Made by a program: the position numbers and the translations under genes. The notes under the pieces were generated by a model, which did not search any database, was not told the DNA's origin, and saw only the letters and a program-made list of their open reading frames with translations. 64,000 nucleotides of DNA, taken from assembly GCA_947595635.1 (NCBI GenBank), contig CANQEU010000004.1:186-64185 (forward strand). The letters run 5' to 3'. The stretch comes from an uncultured Clostridia bacterium. Lineage in GTDB: Bacteria; Bacillota; Clostridia; Oscillospirales; Acutalibacteraceae. Positions 58,252-64,000 of this stretch are shown in pieces. Each line of letters begins with the position of its first letter. Position 1 is the stretch's first letter.

Positions 58252-60738
58252 TTACATTATCGTTTCAAAGGTATACTCACTGCCGTTATAAGAGCATTTA
58301 ACACTGTCGCCTTTTTTTATTCTCTGCTCAAGTATCTGCTGCGACAACGCGTCCTCTATCCTTTGCTGGATGGCTCTGCGCAGCGGTCTTGCGCCGTATG
58401 TCGGGTCATATCCTGCCTTTGCGACGGCAGCTACTGCATCGTCTGTAAATTCAATCTTTATATCCATACTTTCAAGACGACTCTCAAGGCTTTTAAGCAT
58501 ATTGGCGGCGATTTGCTTTATTTCGTCCTCGTTAAGCTTGTTGAATACGATAATATCGTCAACCCTGTTCAAAAATTCCGGACGGAACATTTTTTTAAGC
58601 TCGCCCATTACAAGCTCCTTTACGTCCGCGTTTTCACGCTCGGCGCTCTTTTCCCCGTCCTTGTCCTCAAACGCGAAGCCGAGCCTTCCCGACGCAGAAT
58701 CGGTTATCAGTCTTGCGCCCACGTTTGACGTCATGATGATAATCGTGTTTTTAAAATCTACCACTCTGCCCTGAGAGTCGGTAAGTCTGCCGTCCTCAAG
58801 TATCTGAAGCAGCATATTAAAAACATCAGGATGAGCCTTTTCGATTTCATCAAAGAGTACAACGGAGTACGGGTGACTTCTTACCTTATCGGTAAGCTGA
58901 CCGCCCTCGTCATAGCCGACATATCCCGGAGGAGATCCGACAAGCTTTGAAACCGTGTGCTTTTCCATATATTCTGACATATCAAGGCGTATCATAGCGT
59001 TTTCATCACCGAAAACAGCCTCGGCAAGCGCCTTGCAAAGCTCGGTTTTTCCAACTCCGGTAGGGCCTAAGAATATGAACGAGCCCTGCGGCCTTTTGGG
59101 GTCTTTAAGTCCGACCCTGCCTCTGCGAATTGCCCTTGCAACGCTGTCTACAGCCTCGTTCTGCCCTATTACCCTCTTGTGGAGTATTTCCTCCATATTG
59201 AGGAGTCTTTGGCTTTCCTCCTCTGTCAGCTTTGACACGGGTATGCCGGTCCACTGCGAAACAATATTTGCAATGTCCTCCTCGCTTACGGTTCCGGAAG
59301 AATTATCCGTATTCTGCTTCCACTGCTCTTTTTTCTTTTCAAGCTCTTGCTTCGCTTCGTTTTGTTCATCTCTGAGCTTTGCCGCGCGCTCGAAATCCTG
59401 ACCGTTGATAGCGGCAGATTTTTCCTGCTCAAGTCTGTTTATTTTATCCTCAATTTCCTTCAGGGTATTCGGCTGTGTGTGCGCCTTAAGCCTTACCTTT
59501 GACGCCGCCTCGTCTATAAGATCTATCGCCTTGTCGGGCAAATAACGGTCGGTTATATATCTTGATGAAAGCTCGACCGCCACATTTATCGCCTCATCGG
59601 GAATAGACACCTTATGGTGAGCCTCATACCTGTCGCGCAGACCCTTTAATATCTGCACAGCCTCCTCCGCCGTCGGCTCTCCGACAGTTACGGGCTGGAA
59701 ACGTCTTTCAAGCGCCGCGTCCTTTTCAATGTGCTTTCTATACTCGTTTATCGTTGTTGCGCCTATCACCTGCAAATCTCCCCTTGCAAGCGCAGGCTTA
59801 AGTATATTCGCGGCATCTGCGCTTCCCTCTGCGCTGCCTGCTCCGATTATTGTGTGAAGCTCGTCGATGAAAAGGATTATATTGCCGTCGTTTTTGACCT
59901 CGTCCATAGCGCTCTTGATTCGTTCTTCAAAATCGCCTCTGTATTTTGCTCCGGCGACCATTCCGGTTAAATCAAGCGCAAATACTCTTTTGTCCTTTAG
60001 CAAATCGGGAACGTCGCCGCTTGCAATTCTCAGCGCAAGCCCCTCTGCGACAGCTGTTTTTCCGACTCCGGGTTCACCGATTAGGCACGGGTTGTTCTTT
60101 GTTCTTCTTGAAAGTATCTGAATAACACGCGCAATCTCCTTTTCTCTGCCGATAACCGGGTCTATTTCACCCTTTTTTGCCTTCTCCGTCAAATCCTCAC
60201 CGAACTTTTCAAGCGTTTTTGTTCCGCCTCTGCCTGAATTTCCAGACGGCTTGCCGTCAAAGCCTGAATATCCCTGAGGCTGTTCGGAAGCGTCGGAGGA
60301 AGAATTAAGCTGCTCCGATATGCTGCGGAATATATCATTCGGACGAGCGCCGCAGCCGTAAATGAAGTGTACGGCATAGCTGTCCTCCTCCGAAAGCAAT
60401 GCTATAAGCAAATGCTCGCTGCCGACATAATTATGGTTATAGCGTGCGGCAACCGCAATTGCACCCTGAACAACTCTTTTTGTCCTTGGGGTAAAATCAG
60501 ACGGCGAGAGCGTAGTCCTTGAGCCGGAGCCTATCTGCACCTTTATCTGAGCTTCAACATCCTCCGCACTTATTCCGGCAGCCTCAAGCGCTGTGCTCGC
60601 AACGCTGTTTTCCGTTTTCAGAAGTCCTAAAAGTATGTGCTCTGTTCCGATATAAGTGTGTCCAAGCTCCTCTGCCTTTTCAATGGCAAGATTTAATGTT
60701 TCATTTGCTTTTTGAGTAAATCCTCTGAAATTATACAT
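58252..60738 (-). CDS. clpC: Clp ATPase ClpC
   Basis: Double Clp-N domain, [11 protein letters not shown] middle domain, [23 protein letters not shown]. Confidence 0.97.
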   Translation of the reverse strand: MYNFRGFTQKANETLNLAIEKAEELGHTYIGTEHILLGLLKTENSVASTALEAAGISAEDVEAQIKVQIGSGSRTTLSPSDFTPRTKRVVQGAIAVAARYNHNYVGSEHLLIALLSEEDSYAVHFIYGCGARPNDIFRSISEQLNSSSDASEQPQGYSGFDGKPSGNSGRGGTKTLEKFGEDLTEKAKKGEIDPVIGREKEIARVIQILSRRTKNNPCLIGEPGVGKTAVAEGLALRIASGDVPDLLKDKRVFALDLTGMVAGAKYRGDFEERIKSAMDEVKNDGNIILFIDELHTIIGAGSAEGSADAANILKPALARGDLQVIGATTINEYRKHIEKDAALERRFQPVTVGEPTAEEAVQILKGLRDRYEAHHKVSIPDEAINVAVELSSRYITDRYLPDKAIDLIDEAASKVRLKAHTQPNTLKEIEDKINRLEQEKSAAINGQDFERAAKLRDEQNEAKQELEKKKEQWKQNTDNSSGTVSEEDIANIVSQWTGIPVSKLTEEESQRLLNMEEILHKRVIGQNEAVDSVARAIRRGRVGLKDPKRPQGSFIFLGPTGVGKTELCKALAEAVFGDENAMIRLDMSEYMEKHTVSKLVGSPPGYVGYDEGGQLTDKVRSHPYSVVLFDEIEKAHPDVFNMLLQILEDGRLTDSQGRVVDFKNTIIIMTSNVGARLITDSASGRLGFAFEDKDGEKSAERENADVKELVMGELKKMFRPEFLNRVDDIIVFNKLNEDEIKQIAANMLKSLESRLESMDIKIEFTDDAVAAVAKAGYDPTYGARPLRRAIQQRIEDALSQQILEQRIKKGDSVKCSYNGSEYTFETIM

Positions 60739-60789
60739 ATTGCGTACCTCCCTGTTTCTTCATTTTTCACTCAGCTTTCAGGCTCAGCC

Positions 60790-61821
60790 CTAAAATAATT
60801 CTTTAAGTTCGCGCCTCAAAAGCTCTGCACGCGCAGAATCTCTTTCCTGCGGAGTCATCTCCCTGTTGTTTGAGGTCATCAGAGTTGCAGGCTGTATCTG
60901 CTCGCTCATTCTGTTCAGCAGAGAATAATCCTTGCTTTCGATAAGTCCTGTTACCATTCCTGCCCTTACATTTGACAAAAGCTTCATAGCCTCGTCATTC
61001 GTCATAAGCCTTGCGCTTTTTAAAACAGCCGCGCTTCTGAATATTATATCCTGCATTTCAAGCGTTTTTGAAAGCTCTTCAAGGCTCTTTTCCTCCTGCT
61101 CTATCATCTGCGAAGCTATATTCTTCAGGTTTTCAATAGCCGTATGCTCCGAAATTCCGAGCGTTATCTGATTTGACATCTGATACAGCGAACCTTTTAC
61201 ATCGCTGCCCTCGCCAAATGTTCCTCTAAGCTCCATTCCGAGCTTTGAAAGATTGCCGGCTATTCTTGCTATAGCCCTGTTCTTTTCCGTCGCCGGAAGA
61301 TGGAGCATTAGGGAAGCTCTCATACCTGTGCCGAGATTCGTCGGACACTGAGTTAAATAGCCGAGCTTCTCGTTAAACGCAAAGCCGAGAGCGTCGTCAA
61401 GAAGAGTATCAATGTTATTTGCGGTATTATAAAGCTCGTTTAATGATAATCCGCTGCCAAGCACCTGTATCCTTATGTGATCCTCTTCATTTATCATTAT
61501 GCTTATGGCTTCATCCTCAGACAGCATAAGGTACCTGCCCTTTCTGTCGGAGGCAAACTCAGGACTTATCAAATGCTTTTCAACAAGCGATACAGCCTGA
61601 AGCTGTGTTAGCTCCTCCATTGAAATAAACGAAAAGCTGCCGGCTAAAGTGCTGTTGCTCTCTTCAATCGCCTTTTTTACTCTCAAGGCTATCTCTCTTT
61701 TTTGTTCAAGGCTCGCTCTGTTGGGGAAGGGATAGCTTTTAAGGTTTCTCGCAAGCCGGATTCGAGAGCTTATTACAACGCTTCCGTGCTCTCCGCTTCT
61801 CTCATACCATTTTTCAGCCAT
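60790..61821 (-). CDS. mcsB: Protein arginine kinase McsB
   Basis: SSRIRLARN, NEEDHIR, CPTNLGTG. Confidence 0.95.
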   Translation of the reverse strand: MAEKWYERSGEHGSVVISSRIRLARNLKSYPFPNRASLEQKREIALRVKKAIEESNSTLAGSFSFISMEELTQLQAVSLVEKHLISPEFASDRKGRYLMLSEDEAISIMINEEDHIRIQVLGSGLSLNELYNTANNIDTLLDDALGFAFNEKLGYLTQCPTNLGTGMRASLMLHLPATEKNRAIARIAGNLSKLGMELRGTFGEGSDVKGSLYQMSNQITLGISEHTAIENLKNIASQMIEQEEKSLEELSKTLEMQDIIFRSAAVLKSARLMTNDEAMKLLSNVRAGMVTGLIESKDYSLLNRMSEQIQPATLMTSNNREMTPQERDSARAELLRRELKELF

Positions 61822-62314
61822 TCTTACTCTCTCCCTTCAGCTCGTTAATTTTATCTCTGAGCTCAGCCGCTTTTTCAAATTCCTGACGCGCTATAGCCTC
61901 GTTTAACTGCTCCTGCATTGATTCAAGCTCGTTGACTATTGCAAGCTGTCTGCCGGAGCTTGACGGGAATTTTCCGTTATGGCGTGTGTTCCCGTGAATT
62001 TTTTTGATAGACGGCAGCAGCTCCTCGTAAAAGGTTTCATAGCAGTCGGGACAGCCGACCATACCTCTCTTTGCTATCTCGGAAAACGACGCGCCGCAGC
62101 TTTTGCACCTTGTGGCGCTTGTTCTTGATGGAAGTCCGCCGCCGAAAAAGCTGCCGAGCAGACTGTTCCATTCGCTTTCAAAATTTGAAAACAGGCTTGT
62201 GTAGCCCATTTTTTTTGCGCATTCTGGGCAAAGGTCATATTCCTCTATCCTGCCGTTTACCACTCTTTTAATATGTGTTGTGGCCTCGTTTTTCTTACAT
62301 GATTGACATAACAT
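61814..62314 (-). CDS. mcsA: McsB activator McsA
   Basis: CQSC..CPEC, CKSC..CPDC, C-terminal UVR motif (EFEKAAELRD). Confidence 0.95.
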   Translation of the reverse strand: MLCQSCKKNEATTHIKRVVNGRIEEYDLCPECAKKMGYTSLFSNFESEWNSLLGSFFGGGLPSRTSATRCKSCGASFSEIAKRGMVGCPDCYETFYEELLPSIKKIHGNTRHNGKFPSSSGRQLAIVNELESMQEQLNEAIARQEFEKAAELRDKINELKGESKNG

Positions 62315-62336
62315 AAATATTCCTCCCTCTTATATT

Positions 62337-62786
62337 TTAAATTTGGGTCAAAAGCATATTTTTTACAATTGCGGCTCTTACCGCACTGCTCAGCTTTTTA
62401 GGCAAGCCGGCAAAGTTTCTCTCAGACACTGCCGCGGATATCAACTCCGCGCATTCGTCATCAATAGCGCCTGCAACCCGCAGATTGTCAAGCATCAGCC
62501 TTGCGTCATTAAAATCGAGCTCCTTGCCGATTGAATTAACAATATGCATAAGCACCGAGTCTTTATCGGTGTGGATCCTTGTTATTCTGATAAATCCTCC
62601 GCCGCCTCTTCTGCTTTCAACAATATATCCCTGTTCGGGCGTAAAGCGAGAGGTAAGCACATAATTTATCTGACTTGGTACGCAGCCCAAAGAATCCGCA
62701 AGCTCGTTTCTCTTTATTTCGGCATTGCCGCCGCTTTCATCAAGCATATTAAGAATATAGCTTGCAACCAGATCCGATATTCTCAT
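62337..62786 (-). CDS. ctsR: Class III heat-shock repressor CtsR
   Basis: CVPSQINYVLTSRFT..ESRRGGGGFIRI. Confidence 0.96.
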   Translation of the reverse strand: MRISDLVASYILNMLDESGGNAEIKRNELADSLGCVPSQINYVLTSRFTPEQGYIVESRRGGGGFIRITRIHTDKDSVLMHIVNSIGKELDFNDARLMLDNLRVAGAIDDECAELISAAVSERNFAGLPKKLSSAVRAAIVKNMLLTQI

Positions 62787-62883
62787 AATCTCACCTTTTT
62801 TCTTATTTTAAAGTCAGAGCAAAAGAAATAATGTCGATAAATGATTTGACGATGTGGCACGGCATTCAATAAAGCAATTTGTC

Positions 62884-62940
62884 TTTGACTTTCTTTGACC
62901 TTATGATTACATTATATGCGTATGGTCAAAGATAGTCAAA
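62884..62940 (-). promoter_or_regulatory. ctsR promoter with two CtsR operators
   Basis: TTGACT-17-TATAAT (62911-62939); heptad repeats GGTCAAA-GAA-AGTCAAA (minus, 62884-62900) and GGTCAAA-GAT-AGTCAAA (plus, 62924-62940). Confidence 0.9.
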
Positions 62941-63167
62941 GTCTATTTTAGCCTGTTTTATGTGTAAAATACTCGCTTTTCTCTTTATATCTCGCATATA
63001 CTCACGCTATCTCACTTTTTCTATTTTTTTAAATTTTTTATCAAAAAAATTTGCACAATATTTGAGAATTTTCCAAGAATAATTTTTATTTTTTTCTTAA
63101 AAACAGTTGCTTTTTTTTCAAAGAATGATACAATAATATATAACAAGAAAAGGAGGTGCTATTCACA

Positions 63168-63335
63168 ATGGCATATACTATAAGTGATGATTGTATTTCT
63201 TGCGGCGCTTGCGAGGGCGAATGTCCTGTTGGCGCAATTTCTGAGGGCGACGGCAAGTACGAGATTAACGCCGATGCTTGCACAGAATGCGGCGCTTGTG
63301 CAGACACATGTCCTGTAGGAGCTCCACAGCAATAA
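63168..63335 (+). CDS. fdx: Clostridial 2[4Fe-4S] ferredoxin (55 aa), absent from the ORF track
   Basis: MAYTISDDCISCGACEGECPVGAISEGDGKYEINADACTECGACADTCPVGAPQQ; AGGAGG RBS. Confidence 0.96.
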   Translation: MAYTISDDCISCGACEGECPVGAISEGDGKYEINADACTECGACADTCPVGAPQQ

Positions 63336-63361
63336 TTAAATACATAATTCAGCAAAAAATC

Positions 63362-63383
63362 GGGACAGCCGTTTGGCTGTCCC
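63362..63383 (+). terminator. Ferredoxin terminator
   Basis: gggacagcc-gttt-ggctgtccc followed by a T-rich tract. Confidence 0.75.
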
Positions 63384-63463
63384 CCTTATTTTTTAACGCT
63401 TGTTTTAACAACAAATGTTTCTTCTATTTTGATAAGCAAAATTAAAAATATGAGTAAAAGCTA

Positions 63464-63492
63464 TTGACATATTTTGTTTTTACACTTATAAT
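63464..63492 (+). promoter_or_regulatory. SigA promoter of tRNA-Gln
   Basis: Perfect TTGACA-17-TATAAT. Confidence 0.85.
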
Positions 63493-63526
63493 AAAGAGCG
63501 GTTTATTTCAGATTATAACTAAACGG

Positions 63527-63601
63527 TGGGCTATAGCCAAGCGGTAAGGCAACGGACTTTGACTCCGTCATTCGCTGGTCCGAATCCAGCTAGCCCAGCC
63601 A
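63527..63601 (+). tRNA. tRNA-Gln(TTG)
   Basis: TGGGCTA/TAGCCCA acceptor stem, ACGGA-CTTTGAC-TCCGT anticodon arm, encoded CCA; T-loop reads TCCGAAT. Confidence 0.93.
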
Positions 63602-63604
63602 CGT

Positions 63605-63637
63605 CGCGGCAAGCCCTTGTGGCTTGCCGCGATTTTT
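63605..63637 (+). terminator. Terminator after tRNA-Gln
   Basis: tcgcggcaagcc/ggcttgccgcga followed by ttttt. Confidence 0.75.
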
Positions 63638-63678
63638 ATGCAAAATCGCGGCGTTCGCCTTTCGGGCTGCCGCTCTTT

Positions 63679-64000
63679 TTGACCGCAGCGTTACCGCCTT
63701 GCGCCGGTAACGCTGCTGCTTTATATTAGTTTGTTATGCAAGGGGCTAAACGCCCCTTGCAACCCCAAAGCCTGCTCACGGATTGCAAGCAAATACTTGA
63801 AAGTAAATATCCCTTAAGCGAGAATGATGAGGTGCAGGAGAAGCGAAGCTTCTCCTGCAAAAAATAAACCCTTAAGCAGCAGTTCCGCTGCGCAGCGGCG
63901 CTGACTGCGGTTCAAGGATTACATAAGAAAAAAATTTTATTAGTTCTCGCCTTGCGCCGGTAACGCTGCTTCTTTAAAATTAAGTTTTATACGGGGGGAG
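63679..64000 (+). repeat. Mosaic palindromic repeat locus R4 (B-C-A-half B-D), running off the window end
   Basis: B 63679-63722, C 63735-63789, A 63810-63917, partial B 63949-63975, D starting at 63991. Confidence 0.9.

Noticed and set aside
63086-63355. 89-aa minus-strand ORF
   Set aside because: It is the antisense shadow of the plus-strand ferredoxin

Overview
AT-rich-intergenic, mostly housekeeping chromosome segment of a spore-forming clostridial bacterium (gene content and order suggest an Oscillospiraceae/Ruminococcus-like gut organism; inference). It contains the start of a 2-oxoacid:ferredoxin oxidoreductase operon, metY, the yicC-remA-gmk-rpoZ-priA-def-fmt-rsmB-rlmN-stp-pknB-rsgA-thiN superoperon, ansA, yebC, an RluA-family enzyme, an M14 peptidase, a YtrA-type GntR/ABC module, rmuC, an orphan sigG, mntP, a reduced dcw cluster (mraZ to ftsZ), rsmD-coaD, uvrC, ptsH, rimM-trmD, yqzL-recO-mutS2, the ctsR-mcsA-mcsB-clpC operon, a ferredoxin missed by the ORF track, and two tRNAs. 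I found no transposase, integrase, phage gene or CRISPR array. The main unexplained signal is a modular palindromic repeat family (modules A-E) assembled as mosaics at four intergenic loci, with compensatory stem changes, a GCGAAGC hairpin tip and a ~1 kb cassette bounded by direct repeats. Other notable items are NrdR-like boxes at two dcw promoters, a switch-like structured region before the division PBP, a 62-aa protein that is almost only signal peptide plus sortase-like anchor, an RBS-occluding hairpin before sigG, an amber-interrupted HD gene and a tRNA-Gln with C55. All calls come from reading the sequence; no database searches were run. Several starts were shifted from the ORF track to RBS-supported codons.
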